Assembly (NCBI RefSeq): GCF_001194135.2
Contig: NC_068995.1
Span: 10,986,383-11,050,382 of the forward strand
Length of the DNA stretch: 64,000 nucleotides
DNA from: Octopus bimaculoides
Taxonomy: Eukaryota
Direction of reading: 5' to 3'
The notes beneath the pieces were generated by a model. The model made no database searches and was not told where the DNA came from. It saw nothing but the letters and a program-made list of their open reading frames with translations. The translations under genes and the position numbers were made by a program. Shown in pieces: positions 1 to 11,511 of this stretch. The first letter of the stretch is position 1, and each line of letters opens with the position of its first letter.

Positions 1-633
1 TCCGGCGAATATGGTGGGTGGGGCATCGTTTCTCATTCAAACTGCTCCAGCCTTTGGAATACCATCCTTGCTGTGTGTGGCTGAGCATTATCCTGATGGA
101 AGAACACCTTTCGTCATGAAACCAAAGATGGTCGTTTTGCTTCTAGTGCAGGTGTTGATGAATGGTTGAATGACCAAATCCAAGCTTCTCTGCTAGTTCC
201 TCAACAGTTATAATGGGATTTTGATCCACCAGGATTTGCAGGGCATCCTCATTGAGTTCTACAGATGTTCCAGGACGAGGCTCATCTTTGAGGCTGTAGT
301 TTCCGGCTCAGAATTTCTGGAACCACCCATATATATGTCTGATCCCCCATATACTGCATTAATATCCTTCACACTTTCTTTTGCATTGTTGCCTTTATAG
401 AACTCATGAAGCAAAATATGCCGAATATGCTCCTTTGTCAACTCCATTATAGCTTTGGAAAAATAACTTTTAAAATTGAACTGCACTCTTCAAAACTTGC
501 ACTGAGAATAAGTACAAGGTAAAATTATTTCCTGCTTTAATATAACAAGTTGATTCAGGTAGTTTATCCCATCCCCCTCTGACTTTTAGTTCATGCAATT
601 GAAAAAACCGCATTATTTATGGGCTGACCCAAT
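1..633 (-). mobile_element. Mariner transposon, internally deleted and truncated by the window edge
   Basis: Minus strand gives MELTKEHIRHILLHEF.KGNNA..(HTH N-terminus), EDEPRPG and LAEKLGFGHSTI, then jumps to KVFFHQDNAQPHTAR...HPPYSP (catalytic motifs), with stops and frameshifts. Mariner-type TIR TTGGGTCAGCCCATAAATAATGCGGTTTTTT at ~601-633, abutting (TA)n. Confidence 0.9.
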
Positions 634-653
634 ATATATATATATATATGTAT

Positions 654-840
654 GGGAGAATATACAAATAATAACAACAGACGAGGACAGGTGGTGTAAA
701 TAACAAAAGTATATATTAGTATGATGCTCGGGAATACGGAAAGTCTTTGACGTTTCGAGCTACGCTCTTCAACAGAAAGAATACGGAGACAAGGAGAAAA
801 ACACGGAGAAAAAAAATTGAATAGTGTTCAGTCAACGGTC
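654..840 (-). mobile_element. Short interspersed repeat, probably a Penelope-like pseudo-LTR derivative, carrying a hammerhead-like motif
   Basis: Homologous to 54185-54362 (inverted). Both copies end in TTCTCCC next to (TA)n and both contain the CTGTNGAA-GAGC..GCTC-GAAACGT motif. Confidence 0.6.
744..780 (-). ncRNA. Minimal type-I hammerhead-like ribozyme, variant core
   Basis: Minus strand TCTTT-CTGTTGA-A-GAGC(gta)GCTC-GAAAC-GTC-AAAGA: perfect 5-bp stem I, 4-bp stem II, loopless palindromic stem III (ACGT), GUC site. A6 is replaced by U. Confidence 0.55.
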
Positions 841-1039
841 AATCACACACACACACACCTATATACATTTACATATGCCCACATGTATAGACAGCCTCAC
901 TCACATACACACAACTTTACATAGAGATGCCTCTATTGTCCATATACTAATATTCAGATATATTAATTTTTTTTTATAAGAAGAAGGTTGATAGTTTCTT
1001 TGAAGTTTTGGATTGCTGGCCTTCATCAGTCGATGACAT

Positions 1040-1175
1040 CAACCCCAGTGTTTCACTGGTACTTAATTTATTGACCCCGAAAGGATGAAAGGCAAAGGTG
1101 ACCTCAGTGGAATTTGAACCCAAAATATAGCGATGGGCGAAATACTATTAAGAATTTCATCCAGCATTTGAACGA
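1040..1175 (-). mobile_element. tRNA-derived SINE family A, partial and decayed
   Basis: Shares the GACCCC..GGTACTTAATTTAT.GACCCCGAAAGGATGAAAGGCAAAG..GACCTC core with the intact copy at 34468-34694. Confidence 0.8.
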
Positions 1176-2224
1176 TTCTGCTAGTTCAGTGCCTTATATA
1201 TATATATATAATTATATATATGATTGGCTTCTTTCAGTTTCTATGTACCAGATTCACTTTGGTCGGCCCAAGGTGCCATACAGTGGGACTGATCCTGAAA
1301 CCAAATGGTTGGGAAGCAAGCTTCTTACCAAATACACACACACTCATATAGACATACACATATATTCTTATGTATACACATACGCAAATGCATGAGCCAA
1401 AGATTCTTCTACATTATTAGAAGGGTGTGCTAAAAATAGCAGCCAAACTTCCATCAAATCACACTCCATGGTTTAAAAGAAAAGAAGGGCATTGGATAAT
1501 GTTCCATTGTCTGAAATGCAGAGAACAGGTGAGTGAAACTTGAAACACCTTTTATTAGAGTTCTCCTCAATTATGACTGTCCTGGGACTAAACAATGACA
1601 TATTATCGTACTTGTGTCAGTCTGAATTGCGACCATGCTGGGGCACTGCCTCGAACATGTCAGTCAATCAAATCGACATTAAAGCTTTATTTTAGGTCTG
1701 GTACTAAATCTGTCAGTCTCTCATGGTTGAACTGTCGACTTGTGGGGATGTAAACAAACCAACAGCAGCTATCAAACACTGAGAGACAAATACAAAGACA
1801 CACACACACGACATGCTTCCTCACAGTTTCCACCCAGTAAATTCACTCACAAGGTATCGTATTTAATTTATATTGCAATAGATGGGCCATAGAGTTATTG
1901 GTTAAACTTTCAATAGATCAAAACAGTGCCAAGGGAGTGTCTGTAGCTTGATGCAGAACAAATATGTCAAGGGTAAATGGTCATAAAACTCTGGTTTCTG
2001 TTTTTTTCGCCCCCCAAGGATTTTTACACCTATTCAATATACACTGATAAAAAATATCCAAACATTTACACACACACACACAAACATGACAGACTTTCGC
2101 ATAGGTTGTCTTCCAAATTGGTTAATTCAAGGCTTTAGTAGAAGACAAGCTAAAGATGATGCACTGGGATTGAACCCAAAATTAGCTGGCTGTAAAACAA
2201 ATTTCCTAACCACACACCTATAGT

Positions 2225-2270
<46 letters not shown>

Positions 2271-2539
2271 TATATACACACATACATCTATGTACATAAC
2301 ATAAAACATGCCTACACACACACACACATGTGTGTGTCTATCTTAGTTTCAATATTTGGCACAAGGCCAGCAATTGTGGGGTCGAGAGTAAGTCGATTAC
2401 ATTGACCATGGTGCTCATGTGGTACTTCTTGTATCGACCTCAAAAGCACAAAGGACAAAGTTGACCTCGGTGGAATGTGAACTCAGAATGTAAAGAGATG
2501 GGGAGTAGTATTGAAAGAAGTAGCTTAGCGCCAAGTCAT

Positions 2540-2912
2540 GAGAGACCAAACTATAATAAAGAGTGAAGGTGACCTCCTTTGGTCATTCATGACCATGGGC
2601 TTACCCTCAGAGGTACAAGTCCAGACAAGGTTGATTATGGAAGGCCAACAGTCGCCCGTGCATACCAGCCTCCCCTCTCCATGCCACCAATGTTGTTCAA
2701 GACAAAGGCAAAGACCGATACAGCTTGGCACCAGTGATGTCGCAACTCATTTCTACGTGAAATAAAGTGTCTTGCTCAAGAACACAGCACGCAGCCCGGT
2801 CTGGNNNNNNNNNNGTCTTGCTCAAGAACACAGCACGCAGCCCGGTCTGGGAATCGAACTCACAACCTCACGATTGTAAGCTCGATGCTCTAACCACTGA
2901 GCCATGCGCCTT
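2540..2912 (-). mobile_element. tRNA-derived SINE family D
   Basis: Minus-strand head GGCGCATGGCTCAGTGGTTAGAGCATCGAGC...GAGTTCGATTCCC (A and B boxes), body homologous to 4170-4480, 44535-44800 and 53100-53260. Confidence 0.85.
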
Positions 2913-2938
2913 CACCAAACTATGATAGGGGGATAGAT

Positions 2939-2985
2939 ATGACTGATGAGGGCAACGGAAATTGCCAAAACTGATGTCAGTCTTA
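2939..2985 (+). ncRNA. Minimal hammerhead-like ribozyme, decayed copy
   Basis: TGA-CTGATGA-G-GGCAA(cggaaa)TTGCC-AAAA-CTGA(tg)TCAGT-C-TTA. Canonical CUGAUGA, 5-bp stem II, near-palindromic stem III, GUC site. G12 is replaced by A at a CpG position and stem I is only ~3 bp. Confidence 0.55.
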
Positions 2986-3133
2986 AGAATTCTCAGTCAG
3001 CATTTTTCAGACATTTATGGTTCCTGTTAGTGCACATGTCTTCATTCATGTGCATTAACTACATTATTAGAGCATTTTAGCTCTTATTTCTAGCAATGTA
3101 GGTGTTTTTTAACACCCTAATCATATTTAGTGA

Positions 3134-3360
3134 GATATGGTGTAGTGGTTAAGAGCGCGGGCTACTAACCCCAAGATTCCGAGTTCAATTCCAGGTAGTG
3201 ACCTGAATAATAATATTAATAATAATAACACTGAAAATACCTTAGGAATGAGAACCCAGGTTCGACATTTCCTCCAGACACCTGATGAAGGCTGGAAGGT
3301 ATATCAGCCGAAACATTATGTTAACAACAAACAAGATGAGGACAAATATCAGTCAAATGG
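3134..3360 (+). mobile_element. tRNA-headed SINE with a hammerhead ribozyme in its 3' half
   Basis: A box TGGTGTAGTGG (3138-3148), tRNA-like arm, B box GAGTTCAATTCC (3181-3192), (AAT)n linker, then GACAC-CTGATGA-A-GGCTG..CAGCC-GAAAC at 3277-3314. Confidence 0.75.
3277..3322 (+). ncRNA. Minimal type-I hammerhead ribozyme inside a SINE
   Basis: Canonical CUGAUGA and GAAAC flank a perfect 5-bp stem II (GGCTG/CAGCC). The downstream ATTATGTT becomes ACGT stem III plus a GTGTT stem I partner for GACAC if two G>A transitions (3315, 3318) are reverted. Confidence 0.65.
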
Positions 3361-4169
3361 TGAACCATTGCAATGTGCTGTTTATATCAATTTTGTATAA
3401 AGTCACATATGACAGGGAAATAGTTTCAGGATATTTTATTTGACAATAAAAAAAATTCTAATCTTACAACAAATTCTTTCGTAACTTATCATTTTCTCTT
3501 GTATCGTACTATACGTTCTATATATTTAGTAGAATGGTACATTTTATGAGGACTTATCACAAATTACTCGAATCCATATATTGTGACTTAAACACACACA
3601 CATACACACACACTTTTATACCCATATACGCAATTACAAATATTCATCAATGATATATAGTTTGTAATCACTGCTTTTCCTTTTTCATCCCTTCGGAAAG
3701 ACTAATTAAATAATTGTACCAGTAATATAATTGGGACCATTTACTCAAATTGTAAATATCCTGCACAAAATCTCTATTTTTATTTTATCCTACCAGAAGA
3801 AATTGTAAAGCTGAGGTTGAGTCTTAATAGGAAAAAGCAATATAGTTGCCTCTATGCAGCTGGTCAACTTCCAGGAAGTAGCAATCAAATGTCCCTCAAA
3901 TCACAGCCTGGCGTCATTAAAGTTAAAATAAAGGCACACCATTGAATGGTCAAGGCCAGAATATCTTTGATTACAAGTCTTGCTCAATCAAAGTTGATCT
4001 GGAGATCAACGGAGAAGGGCTAATTTGGATATAAATGATTTCTTTCTTTGGCACAAAGTTAGAAATGAACAACCCTGCTTGTATGATGGTGATGCTCATT
4101 TACAGCCGTCATGTGATGTCAAGACAAGGGTATATACTCACACAAGATATATATATATACATATATAAG

Positions 4170-4480
4170 GTGCTTGGCTCAGTGGTTAGAGCATCAGGCT
4201 CACAATCACGAGGCAGTGAGTTTGATTCTCAGACCAGACTGTGTGTTGTATTCTTCAACAAGACACTTTATTTCATGTTGCGACATGAAATGAGTTGTGA
4301 CGTCACTGGTGCCAAGCTGTATCGGCCCCTTTGCTTGTCCCTTGGATAACATCAGTAGCATGGAGAGGAGTAGCTGGTAGGCACGGGTGACTTCCATAAA
4401 CAACCTTGCCTAGACTTGTGCCTCAGAGGGTAACTTTCTAGGTGCAATCCCATGGTCATGAATGACTGAAGTTTATCTTT
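4170..4480 (+). mobile_element. tRNA-derived SINE family D
   Basis: TGGCTCAGTGGTTAGAGCATCAGGC...GAGTTTGATTCTC head, body GCCAAGCTGTATCGG..GGTGCAATCCCATGGTC shared with other copies. Confidence 0.85.
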
Positions 4481-5639
4481 ACCTTTTTTTCCTTTATATA
4501 TATATATATATATATNNNNNNNNNNNNNNNNNNNNNNNNNNNNNNNNNNNNNNNNNNNNNNNNNNNNNNNNNNNNNNNNNNNNNNNNNNNNNNNNNNNNN
4601 NNNNNNNNNNNNNNNNNNNNNNNNNNNNNNNNNNNNNNNNNNNNNNNNNNNNNNNNNNNNNNNNNNNNNNNNNNNNNNNNNNNNNNNNNNNNNNNNNNNN
4701 NNNNNNNNNNNNNNNNNNNNNNNNNNNNNNNNNNNNNNNNNNNNNNNNNNNNNNNNNNNNNNNNNNNNNNNNNNNNNNNNNNNNNNNNNNNNNNNNNNNN
4801 NNNNNNNNNNNNNNNNNNNNNNNNGGGGGGGGGTCTGTCAGTTATGATGATGAGGGTTCCCGTTGACACGATCAATAGAATAAGCAATTTGTGACATTAA
4901 CATGCAAGTGGCTGAGCACTCCACAGACACATGTACCCTTAATGTAGTTCTCAGGTGGGGGATTCAGTATGACACGGAATGTGACAAGGCTGGCCCTTTG
5001 AGATACAGGTAGAACTAACTTTTGCGGGCTGAGTGGATTGGGGTGGCTTGAAATAAAGTGTCTTGCTGAAGGGCATAGTGCACTGCCGAAAATTGAACTC
5101 ACAACCTTATGACTGTGAGCCGTATACCCTAACCCCTAAAACATGTGCCTTCATGCTACCACTACCACCATCACAACCACTACCTCCACCATTGTCTATA
5201 CACATCAACATTTCAGGCTTTTTTGTTTTAAGTTCATATTCCAGCGGAATCAAACTGTCCGTCATCATCATCATCATCATTTAATGTCCACTGTCCATGC
5301 TGGCATGGGTTGGACGGTTTGACTGAAAACTGGTAAGCTGCATCAGGTTCCAGTCTAATTTGGCATGGTTTCTATGGTTGGATGCCCTTCCTAAAGCCAA
5401 TCCTTTCATTTTAAGGTCAACTTAGTTATATCCATCATTTTTTGGATCTTTCAATTTCAATTTCCAAAGGTGCCAGCTTTGTCCTTCATCCCAACTAAGA
5501 AATAAAAGATTCCACTGGTTAATTATACCCTATGACTTTTTGGTAATTTTAACGTTGAGTTTAGCCTCTGCTGAGGTCAACTTAGGTCATTCATTCCACC
5601 AGATATTTTGGAGTGCATTGACTATCATTAATCTTTAAT

Positions 5640-5879
5640 CTTTTACTTGTTTCAGTCACTGGACTGTGGCCATGCTAGGGCATTGTCTCGAAGGGTACAC
5701 TTGAACAAATGTGCCCTAGTAGTTTTTTTTTCAAGCCTGCTACTTATTCTATCAATCTCTTTTGCCAAACTGCTAAATCATGGGGACGTAAACAAACTAC
5801 CACTTGTCAAGAAGTGGTGGGGACAAACATACACACAAGGTCATATACACACACAAGGCCATATACATGCACACAAGGC

Positions 5880-5913
<34 letters not shown>

Positions 5914-6075
5914 ATGGATTCTTCACAATTTCTGTTTACCAAATTCACTCACAAGGCATTGGCTGGCCTGGGACTATAACAGCCAACAACTGCCTACATA
6001 GCTACCACATAGTGGAATTGAACCCACAACAGCATGGTTGCAAAGTGAGGTTCTTAACCACACAGCCATGCTTAA
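5640..6075 (-). mobile_element. SINE family B (CORE-like head, internal microsatellite, conserved tail)
   Basis: Tail TTTTACTTGTTTCAGTCA..GCCATGCT, internal (CA)n, head with AAATTCACTCACAAGG and GGAATTGAACCC. Same layout as 43207-43680 and 55470-55865. Confidence 0.8.
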
Positions 6076-7021
6076 TCGGCCTTTTTGGTTCTTTCAGTGG
6101 TATTGAGTTCAAGTTAGACATTGAGATTTGTTTTGTCCTCTGTCCCATTAAATTTACAGATCGGAATTTATAAAATGGATCCCTGTTGATTTCAGCAATA
6201 TATATTCAATTGTTACTTGCTCATTGAATTAACATAATAGTGGCTGAATATTCCATAGCCATATATATCCTTAATTTGTATGATGCAGTGATTTGACAGG
6301 GCCAAACTTTGAAATTAAAACGTACAATTCTATCCAAGAAGCTTCCTTGCAGTTTCTGCTTCATTTAGTTTCTTTGACAAAGCTTGGATCAAATTGCAAC
6401 TACAGCACAAAAAAAAAAAAGGACATTTGCCCAAGATACCATGCAGTGGGATTGAACCCATGATTTCAGGATTGGAACCTAAACTCCTTAACCACTCAGC
6501 CACTCTAGCATCTACATTATAGCCTGTATGCAATTGCCTATCGTCATCCTCCCTCCCACAAATTTTTTTCCCCCTTCTTCATGTACCGAGTGCAAAGAAA
6601 AAAAAAAAAATTTTTTTTTTTGAAAAATTTGAAAAACAATGATAAAAACAAAACCTGAAAAAAAAAGAATCTTAAAATCGATATTTAGAAATAGAAGATC
6701 TTTATGGAATGTAATACAAAGAGAGTCCGTATAACGTTTCAATTCGCCACCCACATCTCCGCCACCCTGCCATTGTAAAATTGCCGAACTATACTTATTT
6801 CGCAGGCAACAAACTCATAAAACAAAAAGACTTTACATATGAATTTTTATGATGCTTATAATATTGGTAAGNNNNNNNNNNNNNNNNNNNNNNNNNNNNN
6901 NNNNNNNNNNNNNNNNNNNNNNNNNNNNNNNNNNNNNNNNNNNNNNNNNNNNNNNNNNNNNNNNNNNNNNNNNNNNNNNNNNNNNNNNNNNNNNNNNNNN
7001 NNNNNNNNNNNNNNNNNNNNN

Positions 7022-7066
<45 letters not shown>

Positions 7067-7396
7067 AAATTAAATTCAAAAATAAAAACCAGTTATTTTT
7101 AAATGGAAAGAAACGCCTTAAAATTGTGTATGTATATGCATAGATATAGGCAAGCATATATGGATATACATATTTACACACACACACAGATACACAGACA
7201 TATATACACACAACACATATATACATTTATGTAAATATATAAATGTGTATATGTATATGTGTACACATATATTACACACATGCATACATTACACATAGAT
7301 AACAACACAAACACACATTTTCATGTACATACACACACACACATACATATATACACATACATATATACACACACGTACGCCTAAAATACACACACA

Positions 7397-7440
<44 letters not shown>

Positions 7441-8265
7441 TTTACAAAAATACACACACACATACATACACATAAATACACACACGAGCATACATACACA
7501 TAAATACACACACACACACAGATATATACACAAACACACATACAATTTCAAATTTTGAGTATTTAAGACAACACGCAGGGAGAGAAAAATGAGAGACTCT
7601 GGATAGCTACTTGATGCGCTAGAAATGGCAACTAACCAAATTTACTCAAATAACAACCTTTCTGGTTTAACAGAAATGGAAGATCACATGGGACATTGCA
7701 AGTAGTCTTAAATATCAGGAAAATATAAAGACGTGATGGTCATGGTGGGAACAAGCATCGTTGATTCCAGCTCTCTGCTGCAGGATGTCTTGCTGAGGTG
7801 GGACTAAACGACCACAATTACAATATGAGGCAATAAGATTGTTCGACATGCTGAGAAATAGCAGCTGAAGTACTCGACATCGTTTGAGGAAAGGGAAGGA
7901 CACGTTAGCAAAAGAGTCTATATATATATAAGATGGGGTGGTCTCGACTGGAAGGTACGTCTTTAGGACTTAACAACAGCGATAATATTATAATCCAACG
8001 AGATCGAACGATCGACTAGAAATAGCAACCAAATCATCTTCGCTGGATATGAAAAACGTCTATCAGTTCAGTTGGGACTGAGAGCTAGGAGTCACTGAGA
8101 GAGAGAGAGAGAGAGAGAGGGGGGAGAGAGAAGGAGAGAGAGTGAGAGAGATGTTACTCAGTCGCATGACCTGCTAGAAATAACAGCCAAATTCTCCTCA
8201 GGTCGCACCATTACATCATTAATAATGAAGGACATATGAGATAAAATGTAATTCTAGATATACAA

Positions 8266-8302
<37 letters not shown>

Positions 8303-8869
8303 GTTTCAAATTTTGGCACAAGGCCAGCAATTTCAAGGAGGAGGGGGTAAATCAATTACAATGACAACAATGCTAAAACTGTTACTTATTTCATCGACCC
8401 CGAAATGATGAAAGGCGAAATTGATTTCGGCGCGATTCGAACCCAGGACGTAAAGAGCCGGAAGAAATACCGCTAAGCATTTTGTCCGAAGAAACAAGAC
8501 CTGCAGTTTTAATGGAGAGGGGGTTAGGCGATTATATCGATCCAGGTACTAAACTGGTACTTTATTTTATCGACCCCCGAGAGGATGCAAGGAGTAGTCG
8601 ACCTGAGCGGGATTTGAGCTCAGAATCCAAACAAATGCCGCAAAGCGTTTCGTCCAACGTTCTACCGTTTCTATCATTCTAGCGGGATGGTCACCGCTGG
8701 AATGAATTGCTATGTTTAGCAGTTGCACTTCTGTTAAGGGTACAAAACGGGTAAATACCAACAAGATTCTTTAGAATGGGGTATATAAGTCTGAATATGC
8801 GTCTGTCTTATCACTTGATAATTGAAAATAATCTATAGTTTGTTGTTTAATACTAGGTTGGCGGTGACC

Positions 8870-9900
8870 GAGGAAACCAATGATCAAAGGCGTTCCAGTT
8901 GTGACAATCTCACCTTTTCCCTTCCTATGTGCAGGAAATTCAAGACCACATTATCCAACGGCGCAGTGTTATTTGAGGGAGATTTGGTTGCTATTTCTAG
9001 CAAAGTCGAATGACCACTTAGCAGCTGTTTAATCCCTGGACAGTCTCGATTAAATGGATTAAATGAACAAAGGCATTCCAGCCATGACCATCGTGCCTTT
9101 TCCTTTTTATGTGCAGGGAATCCAAGACTACATTATCGAACGATGCGGTGCCATTTGGATGAGATTGGGCTGCTATTTCTAGCACGGTCGAGCGTACACT
9201 CAGCGGCTGGTTAATCCCAGATCAGCTTTGATTGAGTCGGCCCATGATCAAAGACAATCCAATTGTGACAACTTCACCCATTCTTTGGGTGAAGCAACCA
9301 CTTAGCGGCTGTTTTAGTCCCAAATCAGCGTTGAGTAAACCTATGGAGCAACGGTATTCCAACCGAAACCATCCCTTCTTTCTTGTACATTTGAGACTTA
9401 CAGTCTCTAACGCATACGTTCTTCAATTTTCAAAGGCGGTAGGTGTGATTGGAAATATATTTGGCTGCTAGTTTTAGCAAGCAAGGCAACCATGTAGAGG
9501 TCCACACGATGGCTTGAATAGTTGTTGTTCAACTCCAGGTCAGCCCTGACTTAGCAGACCCGTGATCAGAGTTATCCAGCCGTGACCATCTCATCTTATT
9601 GAATACAAAGAACTCGGGACCACATTTGAGACGATACTGTTAGATTCGAAGTTGATTTGGCTGTTGTTTCTAGTAGGCCGAGTGACAACGTTGAGGCTCC
9701 CTCGTTTTGCGTTTAACCGCAGTTCGGCTGTAAATGAGCAAATCTCAGATCAAAGACATTCCAAACGTGACGAACTTGTCTTTTGCCTTACATTATTCAT
9801 TCAACGCAACCCTTTCCTATACGTAAGAGCAGTATGCAATTGCAGTGAGATTCGGCTGTGGTTTCTAGCAATCACAGTGACCACGTAGAGACGTCATCGT
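8870..9900 (+). repeat. Tandem array of ~5 diverged ~180-200-bp units of a dispersed repeat
   Basis: Recurring markers ATGATCAAAGGCATTCCAGC-like (~8880, 9066, 9244, 9562, 9746) and GATTTGGCTGCTATTTCTAGCA-like (~8985, 9165, 9460, 9655, 9852). Single copies occur elsewhere (e.g. 1430, 41590, 44280). Confidence 0.7.
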
Positions 9901-10039
9901 TCGCTCGTTTCTTTATTAATATAACTGTGTTTATTTCTCGACTAACATTAAAAGAGACATTTTTGTATAAAAATTATTTTTTAAAATTTTCATTTGATTT
10001 CAACCATTAAATTTTCTTTTCCTTTTATTTATATTTTTT

Positions 10040-11277
10040 TTAGACCAGCAGTGTGTGTGTGTGTGCATGTGTGTGTGTGTGTGTGTCTGTGTGTGTGTAT
10101 TTGTATATATGTGTGTGTTTATTTCAAGTATTATACTGATTGGGTATAATTTTTGCTAATTACAAAAATTTAAAATGATTTATTTACTATAAAAATAAAC
10201 AATTTTGTCACACACATACACATACTTACACATCTACATGAGCCTACGTATATATATATATATATATATATATATTCATATACATAGGTGCATATACATA
10301 TATCCAAATGGATACATGCACGCATACATATATACACATGCATATACATACATGCATACAGACACATAACGCATACACAAAAAACAGACACACTGTACAC
10401 ATTTACAGATGCATATATGTATACACACACATATATATATATATTCAAAGACAGACACATATAACCATACATACATACATACATACAAACGTACACATAC
10501 ATACATACGTACAAATACATACACACATTCATACATACATATGCATATACATATAAACACATACACAGATACATACATACTCATATATATATACATACAT
10601 ACACATACACTTACCCACATAAATACATACATACATGCATGCATACACATACCCACATACACATACACGTACACACATATATATATGCACATACATACAC
10701 GCACCCATATACATATACGCATGCATACATACTATATATACACATAGACAGACGTATCCACAAACGACAAACACACGTACAAGCTCGTATACCCACATAC
10801 ACACACAAAGTCACAGATTACATACCTACATACATTCACCCTTTATGTGAATTAGAAATGTATGCAGTCAGCATATTCTGTTTATTGGAAATACAAAAAT
10901 AAATAAATAAATAACGTTTTTACATTCTTGACAAATGGAATAAAAAAAAAAGAAAAGAAAAAAAGAGAAGAATATTTCATAATAAACATCAAAATATCCC
11001 TCCCACAAACAGAAAATAGCAATTTATATTGAATTCTAAATATTAAAAAATGCGAGTGTACTTAACAAAATAATTATTGTGAAATTATATATATATATAT
11101 ACATATATATACATACATATGTATTTATATATATATACATATACATATATATGTCCAATGACGATATATATATATACATACACATATATATACATATGTA
11201 TTTATATATATATATATATACATATATATGTCCAATGACGATATATATATACATACACATATACATACATATATATG

Positions 11278-11319
<42 letters not shown>

Positions 11320-11462
11320 TACACACATATATACACATAATATGCTCATTACAAAATACACACACATATATGTATGTATGAGTATATATAGAAATAGATA
11401 TATACATAGTTACACAAACACACATACGTACGCATACACACCTATATATATATATAAAACAT

Positions 11463-11511
<49 letters not shown>
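10040..11511. repeat. Compound (CA)/(TA)/(CATA) microsatellite field
   Basis: Directly visible low-complexity repeats, including a duplicated TGTCCAATGACGATATATAT unit at ~11153 and ~11229. Confidence 0.95.

Noticed and set aside
990-1032. Minus-strand CTGATGAAGGCCAGC...GAAACTA, hammerhead-like
   Set aside because: Stem II does not close next to GAAA and no stem I or III pairing is evident. At best an unrecognisably decayed copy.
2769-2851. 36-bp direct repeat around a 10-N gap
   Set aside because: Identical sequence on both sides of a tiny gap inside one SINE indicates an unmerged contig overlap, an assembly artefact.
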